DNA of 56,337 nt, the filler included, from Asterionella formosa (lineage: Eukaryota): the NCBI GenBank assembly GCA_002256025.1. It is 4 parts of 4 records of this genome, joined end to end, with 100 filler letters (N's around TTAATTAATTAA, not from the genome) between each part and the next. Parts side by side here need not be neighbours in the genome. Positions count along the whole stretch, not along the records: positions 14,124 to 28,129 come from NKIB01006247.1; positions 28,230 to 42,238 come from NKIB01006255.1; 2 more parts are not named here. The stretch is one strand, 5' to 3'. The position numbers and the translations under genes are program-made. The notes under the pieces are model-generated. The model was given only the letters and a program-made list of their open reading frames with translations. It did not search any database and was not told the origin of the DNA. Below, in pieces: positions 24,328 to 38,100 of the stretch; the stretch's first letter is position 1; each line of letters starts with the position of its first letter.

Positions 24328-26394
24328 TCAGGATGAATTAAGAGCACGACAACTTTTCGATAACAAATGAGCTCGATTTCTTGCATCAACTAGTTGCTCC
24401 GGAGTCATCCGATCACGCAGATATTGCAAAATATAGGTGCACCCCTTCTCAAGAACTGCTGATCGAATTGCACGTTGTGAGTTGCCCCTCAGGTCAATCG
24501 AATTCAAGCTCTCCAACAATCCAAGCTCTAGGGGAATTCGTTCCAGGTTGTTGTTTTGGAGGAACAACGATTGCAAGCTTTGGCTGTGGGCAACTAAGAG
24601 AATCGGAGCATCGCCGAGAGTCTGGATGCGATTATCCGAGAGATTCAGGTGCTCCAGAGATGCCAAACCAAATGTCCAACCTTTGTCATCATCTTCCGCT
24701 GCTAGGCTAGAGATGTGATTATTAGACAAGTTCAGTGTCTGGAGAGATGAGAATCGTTTGACGATATCACTAGGGATCCATTTCAATCGATTAGAGGAGA
24801 GATCGAGATACGTCAAAGTTGACGCCATCTCTGATGACCGCGCGAATACTGGAGCTATTGCTTCGGAGCACAAACGGTTGGACTGAAGTGATAACGACTG
24901 AAGTCGAAGTAATGAAATGTTCCCGGGAAGGCGATCAAGCTTGTTCTTTGTGGCTTCCATAATTTTTAAACATTTTAGAACCTCAATGAGTTGCTCGTCC
25001 ACAAATTCTAGCTGATTGTTATTAAACTTGATGCAAGTGATTCTCTCAGCATTTCCAGAACGAATGATCTCGTCGGGTAACTCTGACGGGATTATGGAAA
25101 GGTTCTGATTTCCAAGATCGATAATCGAATGTTTGGTCCAATTACGTAATAATATGGATGCAGTAGTTGTACTCACGCAAGTCCCAGATGCCCCCATAGC
25201 CTCATTGGATTCAAGTGGCAGCGAATCCATCCATTCATTAGGAAGATACCCCTCTCCGGTAGGGGCTGGTCCACGTTTCCGCAAAGTTGCTTGAACTGCT
25301 TGGGTGTCGTTGATATCAATCGAGCGAAGTGTCCGAAGTGGATTGCCCGATAGAAGCAGTTGTTTCATATTGGCAAGATATCCTAACACATTAGGAAGAG
25401 TTGCAATAGAATTGTTCCGAAGGTCTAGTTTGCGAAGCTGAACGAGTTGTTCGACAATTGATACTTCCAGTCTTTGAATTTGGTTGTTTGATAAATTTAT
25501 TTCCATGAGGTTAGACTGACCCGGGATATGGGATAATGTCTTGATTTTGTTTGTATGAAGGTCGAGTTTAACCACAGAGGGGCCTATACGAGGCGTCTCG
25601 CTCATCATATTTTCTGCCAAATCAAGTATTTGCAGCGAAGAGAAGGCGGATAGATCAGCTGACGATTCAATCTTGTTGTGTTCGGCTTGAAATATTCGCA
25701 GAGTTGATGAACACTCCATCTCCTTTAACGATATCTGAGATAGCTCGTTGCGACCACATGAAAGTGTCTCCAGCGAAACAAGTTTCAAAGAGGGGAGAGT
25801 TTGAAGTAGGTTCTCTGCCACATCCAGATGCGATAAATGAGGGAGCTCGATCAATTGATCCGTTTCAGAAAGCGAAACCAAACGATTAGACGAGAGTAGG
25901 AGCTCGCCGAGTGATTGAGGCAAGTTCTCGATCTGAAATGAATTCAGCTGATTTCCTCGTAAATCAAGTTTCGACAAGAACCTGAGCTGGGAGATCGCAT
26001 CGAATGGCACATTTTCAAGCTTGCATCTTTGCGCTCGAAGGGTACCAATAGAACAATATCTATGGATTCTTGAGTCGAGGATGCCTCCCAGTGGGTTGTC
26101 GGATAGATTCACAACGGTCAGTGTTTCTTCACCATGTGACTCATACGATGAAGTGTAGCTAGAATCCATGCAAAAATCAACGATCATCGCCTTTCGCAGG
26201 TTAAAAAGGTCGTCAGGTAAGGGAGCCGATAGCTCGAGGTTGGATGCATGCAGTTTGCCTGTTGATCGCGCTGTTTTGAGAGCCTCCTTCAACAGATCCT
26301 CACCTGTCGGCTCACGCTGATGGCCCCCGATTCCATGAGCAGCAGCAAATGCTGGATTTAGCTTGCCTAAGCGGCGACTTGATTTGCTGGTCAT
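24328..26394 (-). CDS. Soluble leucine-rich repeat protein (LRRC40-like architecture)
   Basis: Two LRR blocks (L..LDL..N.L), each closed by a GNP/GNS..R cap, the last ending IL.YLRDRM. The first ATG is at 26394. Confidence 0.88.
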   Translation of the reverse strand: MTSKSSRRLGKLNPAFAAAHGIGGHQREPTGEDLLKEALKTARSTGKLHASNLELSAPLPDDLFNLRKAMIVDFCMDSSYTSSYESHGEETLTVVNLSDNPLGGILDSRIHRYCSIGTLRAQRCKLENVPFDAISQLRFLSKLDLRGNQLNSFQIENLPQSLGELLLSSNRLVSLSETDQLIELPHLSHLDVAENLLQTLPSLKLVSLETLSCGRNELSQISLKEMECSSTLRIFQAEHNKIESSADLSAFSSLQILDLAENMMSETPRIGPSVVKLDLHTNKIKTLSHIPGQSNLMEINLSNNQIQRLEVSIVEQLVQLRKLDLRNNSIATLPNVLGYLANMKQLLLSGNPLRTLRSIDINDTQAVQATLRKRGPAPTGEGYLPNEWMDSLPLESNEAMGASGTCVSTTTASILLRNWTKHSIIDLGNQNLSIIPSELPDEIIRSGNAERITCIKFNNNQLEFVDEQLIEVLKCLKIMEATKNKLDRLPGNISLLRLQSLSLQSNRLCSEAIAPVFARSSEMASTLTYLDLSSNRLKWIPSDIVKRFSSLQTLNLSNNHISSLAAEDDDKGWTFGLASLEHLNLSDNRIQTLGDAPILLVAHSQSLQSLFLQNNNLERIPLELGLLESLNSIDLRGNSQRAIRSAVLEKGCTYILQYLRDRMTPEQLVDARNRAHLLSKSCRALNSS

Positions 26395-27093
26395 GGATTG
26401 AATGTCTAACACAGGAAGTTAACATTAGGGCACCTGACTGTTTCAACTTCCAAATTATTACTTTACTTGGCCACTGAACCTCGTTCATCATGTTGCTTTA
26501 TCTCATACCAATGCCGCCTTGCTTCGTCGCATAAAAACATCCTGAGAGTAATATGTAGTACCTGTACATCATCCCAGAATTTCAGGTACCGTACCAAGTT
26601 CCTGGTCCTAGTAAAAAACTGCCATGACCCATTGAGAATATTTTTGAACTACCGTGACCCATTGAACGCAGAATAACACGTTTTGCTGTCAAAACTTAAG
26701 TAAATGTAAATTCTGAGAGTTCTGGCTCCTTCTCGAGCATATAGGCTAGTCAGCTATGTATTTAGTTTGAAATTTGGAGTCCATTGTTCATCTCAATAGA
26801 TTGCCGGAAATAGTGAATCGACAAAAAAAACATAAAAAAACACGCATAAGACAAGGGTAAGTTTGGAGTTCTCATTGTCATATAATATACAACGATATAT
26901 ACAATTATTTCGACATTGATTTAAATAGTGACTGAACGTTAACCACATTTATAGAAATAAAGATTTTGTTTTGGTATTGAATTGTACAGAGATGGCAAAT
27001 GATAGTAGTATGGGCACGCCTATATCTGATTGAGGATTTTGATATATACGTATCTGTCAGTCCACAAAACATGAAAAACAGTAAACAGCTATC

Positions 27094-28129
27094 ATGCAAA
27101 CCAGCACCACCATGCCGAAGTCAAGAAAAAGTCGAGCTTCCAACATCAAGAAGGAGACAGAAGCACTTCATTATGCTCAGGTCATTATTCAATGCAACAT
27201 GCTTGGCATTGTTACAGAACTTGAAGCAATCAAGGCAAACAATAATGGAAAGCTCCCATACGGAGCCATTACCAACATGGTGAAGGCTCAGAAGGTATAC
27301 TTCCCTTGGCTTACCAACAAAAAAGTTGACTACTGGTTACCAAAGGCAGGTGCTAGTGCTGTCCCCAACATGGGTATACTATCAGGACATTCTCAGGCAG
27401 ATATGCGCTCATTTTACTATTCAAGTACTAGTAGAACATCTACTTTCTTGACAAGAGAAGAGGATGACAACATGACAGTACATGATAACAATATCAATGC
27501 TATTAATATTACTATTGAATTATTTTCTACAACTATGACTACTGCTGCAGTTAGTGTTCCTGCAGTCATTGTCCCCATGACCACCATACTTACTGGAGAC
27601 CAGCCAAGGGAAACCACTCAAATGGCATCAGCATCGATGCAAAGAAAAATCGAAGAATTCATTGTCTAGTCAGCTACAGAATATATGAGGGTTAGAGAAG
27701 GACTGCATCAAAAGAACAAGAAAGCAAGTAGATTCACACTTGCCTTCATAATTGTGGGGAGAAAAGAGGCGCTTGGTATTCCTCCTGGAGTTGAAATAAA
27801 TACAGAAGCAGTGAGAACTCAGGCAAAACGAAAAAGCCCCAGGGAAAAAACGAAGCTTCAACGTCACCAATGCTCGAAGTTGAGCCATAAATTATTGTGC
27901 TGATTGAACAACTCTCCAAAATGAGAGTCCCAAGTACATGTTGGCAGGGAATGGAACTTGCTAACTCACTTGTGTGCGTCTGGTAAATCCATCATGGAAA
28001 ATATTGTGCTGTGGAGGCAGAAACATTGTATTTCATTCAGAGAGGATCCAACATTGTCTAAACCACTGGGATCAGGGTACTGGAGGGGATTCATGATTCG
28101 CAATTAGCTTCATGTCAATGCAAAGAATG
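27094..28129 (+). mobile_element. Decayed pogo/Tc1-mariner-like transposase, N-terminal part (CENP-B-like HTH), truncated by a gap
   Basis: With stops and frameshifts: GKLPYGAI.....FPWL, then SPMLEVEP...LIEQLSKMRVP...QGMELANSL...LGSGYWRGFM.RN. Confidence 0.5.
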
Positions 28130-28744
28130 NNNNNNNNNNNNNNNNNNNNNNNNNNNNNNNNNNNNNNNNNNNNTTAATTAATTAANNNNNNNNNNNNNNN
28201 NNNNNNNNNNNNNNNNNNNNNNNNNNNNNTTTACTAGGCCAAATAAACGAGTTAGCCCGGTAAAATCCACTATTTTCAGCATAGTTAAAAAAACCGAAGT
28301 TCCTTTCTGCAGTTTCTCGCCAGATCCTATATCCTGACGATATATAGCGTTGACCTATACCCCTACTTTGATAAATGACTGTATTTAAGCATGTGGAAAG
28401 GGTGTGTATTGGTGAAAGCTCCGTTTAGCGATATACATTTACGTTTTACTCGTAAGAAGTCTATGTTTGACTACTCTGACTTAATATTATTTTTTTAACC
28501 CTACCTCGAGCTAGGGGTTCAAATGCAGGAACCTTAAGCAGTTTTACAAAATTGAAAATTACTAATCATTTTGCTTGTCTTGGTCTGTTATAATGGTAAT
28601 GGAAATTTTCCTTTGTTCGCTCGATTCATGGTATGTATAAATATGTGCATTAAAGGCCTGTTGCCTGTATATATGTTCATAAATGATAAAATATATGGAA
28701 TCCAATGAGTCGAGGATCAATAGTTTTACTGATTAGAAACCAAG

Positions 28745-28925
28745 ACATGCAACACTCATTGACAAATGAATTGAGATGCTCACTTATTGACAATTGAATT
28801 GAGACGCTTACTTATTGACGAATGAATAAGATGCTCACTTATTGTCAAATGAAAATGCAATGTTTAATTATTGTCAAATCAATGTGCTTTCTTATTGTCA
28901 AAGCAAGGAAGATCATATTGACGAG
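28745..28925. repeat. Degenerate tandem repeat, ~25-28-bp unit
   Basis: cttattgac(a)aatgaattgagatgctca-like unit repeated about 5-6 times. Confidence 0.8.
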
Positions 28926-29269
28926 ATCAAGGAAACTGTGAAATGTCTTGTTAAAGATTACATGAGTAATCAGGCAAGAACAATACTAGATAGATTATTA
29001 ACAGATAGCTCACAATATTACAAAGTGTTAAGTGAAAATACATTTTGAGCTTTAGTGATCTTACAAGTAAAATCTGTGATATTCTCAACGAATAAAGCTA
29101 GTAGACAATTCAACACATACTATGTACCACAACCATATGCAATTCTGTACATTCATTGTATGAAATGCATGTAGCTACACGAGAATATTTCTGGAATAAG
29201 GAATCTTGACACTCAGAATTGAGATTGGTTGGAAAGCAAACCCCCCTATCCGAAACCCTCCAATCATAC

Positions 29270-30556
29270 TATAGTGCTCACGGATGTCGCGAAATCAGGT
29301 ATTTTCTTGGTTGACCGAAAACCCGGAAACTGTTTGAATTTCATTACGATAAATCTCGTGTTATCAAAATGACAATGGCAATCGCCGTTTTCTTCCTAGA
29401 AAATAGTAATTCATTATCCCCTTTTTCGGATATGCTCAATCATATCATTGCTTTGAGCGTGAGCGATTGTAATGGCTGGTAGACGACTTATGTGTAGTGA
29501 AATCCATAATTTTATATATTTAGCGTAATGACTCGATTCAGTTGAGTCAAGGCACGAGAAAACTACTAGGTAAATGTATTGGCAATATATAGTTAAAAAC
29601 AGTATATATGAAATAAATATGGCTTTGCTGTTCTGGTCCGGTATAAGTCTAGTCTACCGGGAATGCAATTGTTTTATGATGGCTCATTTGTTATTGCTGG
29701 TACTTACCTGCTACTGCTGGTACCAGGATACATAAAGTCGATTCTCTCCTCATCAACATGCTCTCAAGGCATCCCGGTATACCGGTACATAAATAAATAC
29801 CTGGTTTGGTCCCGGGTACAGGTACCTGATATGATGGAGTATGAATGAACCATCATGGATTATACTAATATTTTGGTATATTGTAGACTAAAATACCAGT
29901 ATACTCCTTCAGCCATGTTAGTTGCCGATACTTCTGCTAATAATTATGATTTTATGCTATGAATTGATCTCTTCCTGTTACCCAGTATTGGTATGAAGTA
30001 GGAACTGTTCTACTAATTTTCATAAACTCCTGGATTCTTTTCTATCCACCATAGCTGCTCATCGACCTTAGGGAAAACCTTGAGTGCAAAAATGTGAATG
30101 TCAATCCCCAACTCAACATTCCTAGCAAGCAACTCCGCAACCAAATTCTCCATGTGATTTGGATGTGTCACTTTCTTCTTCGCATCACTGAAGTGAACCG
30201 TGCCAGTGATTAGTGCACCGATAAGCCCACCAGTCTCATTTTGAATTTGAATAAATTCTTTGGTTTTGTAAGCAACATATTGCTCTTAAACAGTTCCATA
30301 TTTTCATTCTGAATATCCTCAAACTTCTTATGTCAAGAAAGCAAGCATCAATCATTATAATAGCTCACACTCTAAGCAATGGTATGATTGAGCATATCCG
30401 AAAAAGGGGATAACGAATTACTATTATCTAGGAAGAAAACGGCGCATCACCATCGTCATTTTGATAACACGAGATTTATCGTAATAAAATTCAAACAGTT
30501 TCCGGGTTTTCGGTCAACCAAAAAAAACTGATTTCGTGACGTGTGTGTGTTCTATA
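29270..30556. mobile_element. Non-autonomous TIR DNA transposon (~1.29 kb) with ~200-bp terminal inverted repeats
   Basis: 29286-29475 is the reverse complement of ~30350-30540 (for example ttggttgaccgaaaacccggaaactgtttgaattt, gataaatctcgtgttatcaaaatgac, tcccctttttcggatatgctcaatcata). Outer ends are TATAG...CTATA, compatible with a TA target duplication. Confidence 0.88.
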
Positions 30557-30824
30557 CTGGAAGTTCCGGTAAAACACGTTATTTACTTTGGAAAAGATTA
30601 CCGGACCTTCCTGGAAGGTCCGATAATTGGCGCCTGGTATGTACTTTGAACGAAAAATTCCACATAAAAAAGGGTTTCAACTTACTTCATTGGTAGTCTG
30701 ACCGGCTCACCAATTCCAAAATGATGAAATGTTTCCATGTATTTATATTACCTGTAACCATTTCAAAGTTTTGAACTGAATAGCGCTCCCACCTTTCACA
30801 GCAGAATTGCTGACTACTACCTTC

Positions 30825-31380
30825 ACCTTGTTGCTGACTGCAGACTACATTTTGCTAACTGCTGACTTGATTTGCTGAAAATTTGAAATTTTCGCTGACT
30901 GCTGACTTCATTTGCTGACTACTGACATCATGAAATCGCTGACTGCTAACTTCAACTTGCTGACTTGAAGCAACCTAATGGGTAGGAAGAATCCAACTAT
31001 ACAAATCATGTTCACTTTTCATATTTAAATAACGATGGAAACACATCTTTTCGTTGTAGAATACTGAAGCGATGCCTTCTACATATTATCATAGTAACAC
31101 AGAGGTAATTAAAAACTGTTAAATAGTCATCAATGACTGAAAATAGTCATTACTATCTACTTCTTCATTTTGCTACCAGTACCTACTATCTTAAAAATGC
31201 TGACTTCATCTTGCTAGCTACTGACTACTGACTTAAAGAGGTAATAAAAAACTGTTAAATAGTCATTGCTATCCACTTTTTCATTTTGCTATTACCGGTA
31301 CATGATGCCACTATCTTAAAAAATGCTGACTTCAACTTGCTAACTACTGACTGCTGACTTGATTTGCTGAAAATTTGAAG
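30825..31380. repeat. Array of short TGCTGACT/TGCTAACT motifs plus a ~130-bp duplication
   Basis: Many gctgact copies at 30827-30966 and 31197-31370. gaggtaa..aaaaactgttaaatagtcat occurs at ~31102 and ~31238. Confidence 0.85.
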
Positions 31381-31994
31381 TTATATCATCCAATAATTTT
31401 GATAAATGCCCTTGTAATTTAAATAGTAACCCTTTTGACTACGTATATTTAACTATTATATCTATTGTTTCTATTAGATTCCTGTATTCGAATTCTTGGT
31501 AGGATAATGTACCAGCTAAAGGTATGTAATTTGGCTCGTCATTGCCATCCGTCATCACTCTGATTTTTGCAACAACAACGAAATACTAGCGATGACAAGT
31601 GGAATGATTGTTTGTGATAACGACGTCTTCAATTGTTGGTCAAGTGATCATTATATCTTAGAGTAATCGTCATGTGCAGTGAACCTTTGTTCATAATCAT
31701 TCAATTAAGAGTTTGGTGAGAAGAAATCATTTGAACTCGTAATGGTCCCGCACACAGTGCACATTGTAAATTCGTTTCGTCGACCACCAGCATTACAATC
31801 TCGCCAATTAACCCGTAAACAAACACATTCTAGTTGTTTTCGTTGACATTTTCAATTCTCACATGATACTACATCTACTATTGAGATTCAGCATAGAAGG
31901 AGATACGAAAATGTAACAGACTGCTGTCTACTTAGCCATAGTTATAGAATGATTCTGATTACAATTTCTTTTTCATATCGCTCGTTTCAGCATT

Positions 31995-32445
31995 AGGCAT
32001 GCTGTACTTGTATTTACTATTGAACTTTTCCGCATCTTTGATACCATCAAGAGAGCGAAAGCAAGTGGCTCTCTTCATTGTTGTTTGCTTGTAGGAAAAA
32101 TTTGATATCCGTATCGTCATTTGCCTGTTGGAACTGTCCGTTGCCTCAAACCTGCTTGGCGTGTGCGTACACACACTGTCGACTTGTTTTCATTGGTATG
32201 TTGTTCTTGTATTCACTGTTGAACTTGTCCGCATCTTTGTTACCATCAATAGAGCGACAAGTGTGTCTCTTCATTGTTGTTTGATCCTGGAAAAGTCGGT
32301 GTCCGTGTCATCCTCATCAATAGAGAGACAAGTTCTTTCGTTGGAAAAATTGGTATCATATCATCATTCGCTCGTTCAAACCACTGTCCGTTGCCTCAAA
32401 CCTGATTAGCGTTTGAGTACCGGCATGTGCACTGTCGACTTGTGT
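31995..32445. repeat. Imperfect tandem duplication (~200-240 bp)
   Basis: ccgcatctttg.taccatcaa.agagcga, tctcttcattgttgtttg, actgtccgttgcctcaaacctg and cactgtcgacttgt each occur twice in order. Confidence 0.85.
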
Positions 32446-33038
32446 ACATTACAGGCGGAGTGACTTCGCTACTAAATTGCGTGATATAATAATATACCCT
32501 GTAGCACGTCGCAGAATACATTTGCTTCCCAATCATCTCATCATGATTGATAAGATGATACTGTGATATCATAATAGGGTTACATCGATGCATACATCAC
32601 CAAAGTATGATACATAATATTGAATAAAGTACATCACATAGCTATGATACATTGATCATAAAACTATGATGATTTTATAAAATGTATATGATATAATTTT
32701 GATCAAAATATGATTATGTTAAAATAATACAATGATCATAAAATACGATAAAATATGTACACAATTGTTACCAAGACATCATAGAAAATAAATCAAGCAA
32801 TCATAAAGAATGTTAAATAATACATATGTTTGTCGTTTAATGTATACAGTTAAAGTCAACAGTTAATATGATAGTATTATACAGTGGATAGGATCTAAGT
32901 ATACGGATGCGTTGATATGTACATCACTATAATATGATTTGTGATATGGGTTGATGCATATCACATACCGGTATCCTCAACAACCAGCCATCACATTCAT
33001 TGTCGTGTCGTCTTTCCTTGTTTTAGCTATATATATAT

Positions 33039-35008
33039 ATGCCAGCATGTGTATTGTGTCAACGCTACGCTGGCGGAACATGCATATTACACTGTGCTCT
33101 GTTGGTCTTCGTCGATGAAGACTCTATTCATACAGAGTCACAGTTCCACCATCCAGTGTCGTATTTTGCTCCTCATTCTCCCGAAATCGCTGATAATGAA
33201 GAAGAACTCAGTGATTCTCATTCATTTGATGAACAAAATCATGCGATGAATGAAAATATCGGCGGAAATGTGGCAGACATCACTTCTGAAGTAGAAATGG
33301 TTGAAAAGTTGCAATACCAAGAAAATATGTCTCACTATTTGTCCAGAACATCAAGATGACCATCATAAAATCAGAGAAACTATTGCGTTTCTAAAACAAA
33401 AGATATTCAAGAAAAAGTCCGAGGTAGATCAAGACCTCGAATTCAAGAAGATCAATGCAGACAGAGATGTGATGACCATGCAGGCTAAGGCAGTTGATGC
33501 ACTGAGTCGGGAATGAAGTCTGAAACACAAAATTGAATCTTTTTCCAAATCATACATGGAAGAAAAAGAATTTCTTTGTAAAATCATTGAAAGCAATCCC
33601 GAAGGCAGCTACTTTTGTGAAGAGTCGGCATGTGAAATGTGTAGAGTTATTATGCCAAAGCAAACGGCATTTTCCTTGAGTTTGCCGAAATCGCATGGAC
33701 AACTAAAATTGTGGAAAGATTTGTAAACTCGTACCCCGCAAGATATATGCAATTATGCCTCTGTATTTTATGGAGTCAAAGGTATCAAAAAATCATGTTC
33801 AGATTTTAAAGATCTTGCATATTGGGACCTTGAAACAATTACCTCTATGATCCATTATATAATTCATGAACTTCATCCAAGTGATGTAAAGGTTATATTT
33901 GATCTGGATGAGAACCCAGAAAAGGGTAAAAACAATCCATATATATACCAAGGTGATTGTCATCCACTTCATCACGAAAGTAACTATGTGCTAATTGTGT
34001 ATTGCAAAAGATCAGATGAGGAGGAAAACAATCATTTTGTGCATTATCTTTTTGCTATAAATGATGGATTATGTCAAGTCCGTGATCCAGGAAAAGATGC
34101 AATTTTGGATGAACATTATGATCAAGTATTTCACCTTGCCCGTAAGTACTGCATCATCCCCGGATGCAAAAAAGAATTGGAATTGTTATGCACCGATACA
34201 GGATATCTTCCACAAGAATTCCATATACCTGAAGAAATTGGGTTCTCGGAATCTTTCTATACTAGCACCAAAGCACGACCATTGCAGATCAGTATGGCCA
34301 CTGGACATGATTCCATGTCATTTCAACCAGAAGATGACAGTGGATGGTCATGTGGACCTTTTACAATTGTGAAAGTGTTGGAAACTCTATTGCAATTAGA
34401 AAGGAATGGCAAAACCAAATTTCTTGGCAAACGGGCACATTTCCGTTTGGAGACTGAGTCCTGGAAAGTTTTAAAACGTCAGGTGGTAGCAACAGATCGA
34501 ACAGACGATTTCTTATCCATTACATCTGACCCACCAACCAAGTCAACATACTTTCATCTTGGAACAGTTTGGCCTCAAGTGACAACGACAAATTCTCGTG
34601 AGGATATTTTTCAGTTGGAAATAACTGTTCTTCAATTTTGTATCGACAAAATTTTGACATCCTATTTAGATTTATAAAAGTTGTTGAACGAAGTATTTGG
34701 ACGAGTTCCTTGCAACTCTTCTTTCAAGAAGGATGAAGTTGTCTACGTAAAATCCATGATACAACAAAGTAATGACAAACTTGCTCCCTTTAAATGGTAT
34801 AATCATGCATCTCTTGGCCAAATTTCTGGATGCATCAATTGACAAAAAGTTGAAAGAAAATTTTGTATCTGATGATAGCCCTTCTGGAATCAACTTGAAG
34901 AAGTTTGCAGACTCATATCGAACTGCAGTTGAAAAGTAGAGAAGCAAAATTTCGGACGAAACGAGAAGGACCATCTTAGCTTCTTTGGGAGTGAAAAAGA
35001 ACAAATAA
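33039..35008 (+). pseudogene. Transposon-borne Ulp1/C48-like cysteine protease gene, disrupted
   Basis: In ORF 33847-34677, NNHFVHY...RDP...FQPEDDSGWSCGPF has the H-D-Q-C order of clan CE proteases. Upstream acidic, coiled-coil and Cys-rich fragments. The inverted copy at 44953-45440 shows that the frame originally ran on to ~35008. Confidence 0.6.
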
Positions 35009-35137
35009 TGGACCATTGGGATTATGCAATGTCATCATTTCTTAGGAAATTGTAGTTTGTGAAAACCTCATAAAAACCAATTTAGTATGCGAAACTATAT
35101 TGTTACCATTATTATTTATATTATTCTTATATATTTA

Positions 35138-38100
35138 TCAACGTTCGCTTGTTAATTTTTGGTCCCACCCGATTGATTTCCATAAATGATGTGGAGGCAT
35201 GGCAACATAAAATTTATCTTTCCGTATCTGTTCCAAAACTTCTTGCGGTTTCTCAGATTTCCTTGATTCCTGTGGTTTCAAAGCAGGAACAATAAATGCT
35301 GCCGAAAGTATGCATGTTATGAAATTCAACAACGCTCAATTCAGTTGTATCATTGCATATGGTGTCTCCTCTTGCAAAAAACATAGCTTCGTTTATGAAT
35401 TTTCATTTCAGTTGAACTTTTCAAGGAACGAATACACGCTAAGAGAATGGTTGTTGAGTTGGAGAAAATAACATTTCCCCAAAGAAGTAGTTTTGCAGGA
35501 ACTGTGTAGGAACTTGATCCATCTCCCTTCTCCCAGTTCACTTCGACCCAGTCAAACCATTCACGACCAGAGATTCCTGCCTTTGAATCATTATTCCATT
35601 TCGGATGGCATCTGAAAATAGTAGTTTGGCCGGGAACGATAATTTCAATTTTAACATGATAATAAAAGTCAATCCTTACAATGGAAACAGGCCCAATCCC
35701 ATCTTCAAGACTTTTGATTTTTGCTATTTCTATTGCTGAATTCGCAATGCTCTTTACGTAGTTGGCCCCCTTCGGTAAATCAGGATGAACCAATTGAGAC
35801 AAGGGTGCATGATCCTTACTCCGTGATACATGCCCAATCTTATTAGGGACACCTGCTATAGTCCATAGACCATTTGATGATGAAGCAGAAAATTGAACTT
35901 TAACAGGAAGGGCTGGTGAATGGATTTTGGTAGGCGATATTCCCAAATTTTCAGGCGACCTACTAGGCAACATCATTGTATCCGGAATCATTCCTTCGAA
36001 ATCAATTTCTGTTGAAATACCCTCATTTACATTGACGGTATTTTCTCTACTTATCTTCTTTTGTTTGTTTTCTGTATGTAATGAATCACTTACAAAAAAA
36101 ATTTCGTGCCAAGGCAAACTGCCTTGTTTCATATGACCTTGTTAAAATGTCATGCTTTAATCGATGTAATTGTCCATTGACACGCTTACTGGGTCGCTCG
36201 TTTCAATTTGTCTTTCAAAAAAGACTCCAAATATCCACCAAAAAAATTAAGAGGAGATCCGAACTTCCTAATCAGATGAGGGTAATGTTTCATTCCATGA
36301 TATTTTGCCATTCGTAAGCCAATTTGAGATATCATTTCCCGTTGGGGACCAATCATAATCTTAGTAACTGACATAAATCTCTTCACCCTTTCCTCTAAAA
36401 TATCAATATATGTTGATGCATATTGTGGTATGAATAAAGTGTCATTGATAGATATACATAACAATAACAGCAATGTGAAATCCTTTTCTAGGTGCGTGTT
36501 CTCTGAACCCATCATTCTTCACAGACATAATCCGGGAATTTCTTGCCCTGACATTTTCGACAAAGCTGTCATCCCAGATCTGTATGACAATTTTGGAATA
36601 TCACGATCGCTTTGCCTTGCTTTCCAAATGACTATTGATATATCTAGCAGCCACTTTGTTCGAAGTATACTTTCGAAAATAGCTACATTTCTGGTGCTGG
36701 TACAAGTGTTGGGTCTTGATTTTTGCCAGTGTAGAGTCGATATTTTTGGTAACTGGTGCGTGTGTCGCTCCTGTTTGGTCTTTGCCCGTTTCTTCGGTTG
36801 CTCTTGATCAAGAAAAGCAGAGTCTGTTTTTTCATTGTTACGTTTATGATCGGAGAAGTTTTCTGGAATATCTGGAGACTTTCTTTCTTTAAAAAAACAT
36901 GCCCATTCTTCAGGGATGATAGTCCGATAATTGTACAAAGATTCCAAAATGTACTTAAATATTCCAAGCAGTAATTGATGAAGAACCTCAAATGGAGTTG
37001 CACCAAATAATCCTTCTAAGTCACCACCAAAAAATGATTTATTAGTGCAGGCATAATAGGATTATGCGATATAACACTGCACCACTCGTTTGCTGTTGCG
37101 TATTTGCCATTAGATTGGGAGACACAATACTCAGGTGGGATACATGGCAATTTTCCATCGGGATATGCATTTTTGTCAAGAAACTTGTTTAAAAACATTT
37201 TAACATCTGACACTTTACGACGTTCACATCCAATATCAGGATTATCAGCATCTTCAGTTGAAACCAGGCAATCACGACAAACATATCGTCGATATAATCC
37301 ATTACCACCACTGAAGCCACAAATTTTATTGTGTTCTTCTGTATCAACAATGATCATTCCAACTTGGAAATAAACTTTTGTCATACCAAGACCATGAACC
37401 CAAATAGCTATCGTATGACTTGTTTGGATCTTCGAAAGGCGACAATAGAAATCCTGTAACAGAATGATATAATTTGAGTCTACATAAGGACAAGTTGTCA
37501 CCAGATAACTTATTATTCATTAATTTTCCAGATCACTGACTTCAATGTCTGTCAAAAGAGATACCAATTGCCATCCATCAACTTTTTTTCTTCCTTCTAA
37601 CGTTAAGTTTAACATTGTCAGCAAAAACGGATGCTCGGAATCTTTCATTTGTTTATCAATAGGTGAACCATCACTGAAAACTGCTAGGGCAACAAATAAA
37701 CACCCTGTCTTAAACACTCCATTTTCTGATGCAGGAGACTTGTTGAATGCATTTTCAAACCAAGTCGCAGAAGTTACTTCGTCATATATGCGTTCTCCAC
37801 AAGTTGTAAGTAGTTTCACTTGTGAGTGACATACAAAATGTTGCATGATTTCGGAATCACGTAGCAATCCTGCCATGAGCTGTACTGGTTCGAAATAATG
37901 GAATGTGCGTGGGATGATCATATTTGAATTGTTATCAATCTTTATTTGTTTGGTCAACAGTTGACCACCAGCTAATGTTGGTGGAAATGAAATATCCATG
38001 CGTTTTTCCAAAGTCTGGTAGGATGGAGCTTGATACCTGCAATCCATCAAAATATTTCATTGCTTTTGCCTTGAACAGCCATTTCATTAGATGATCAAAG

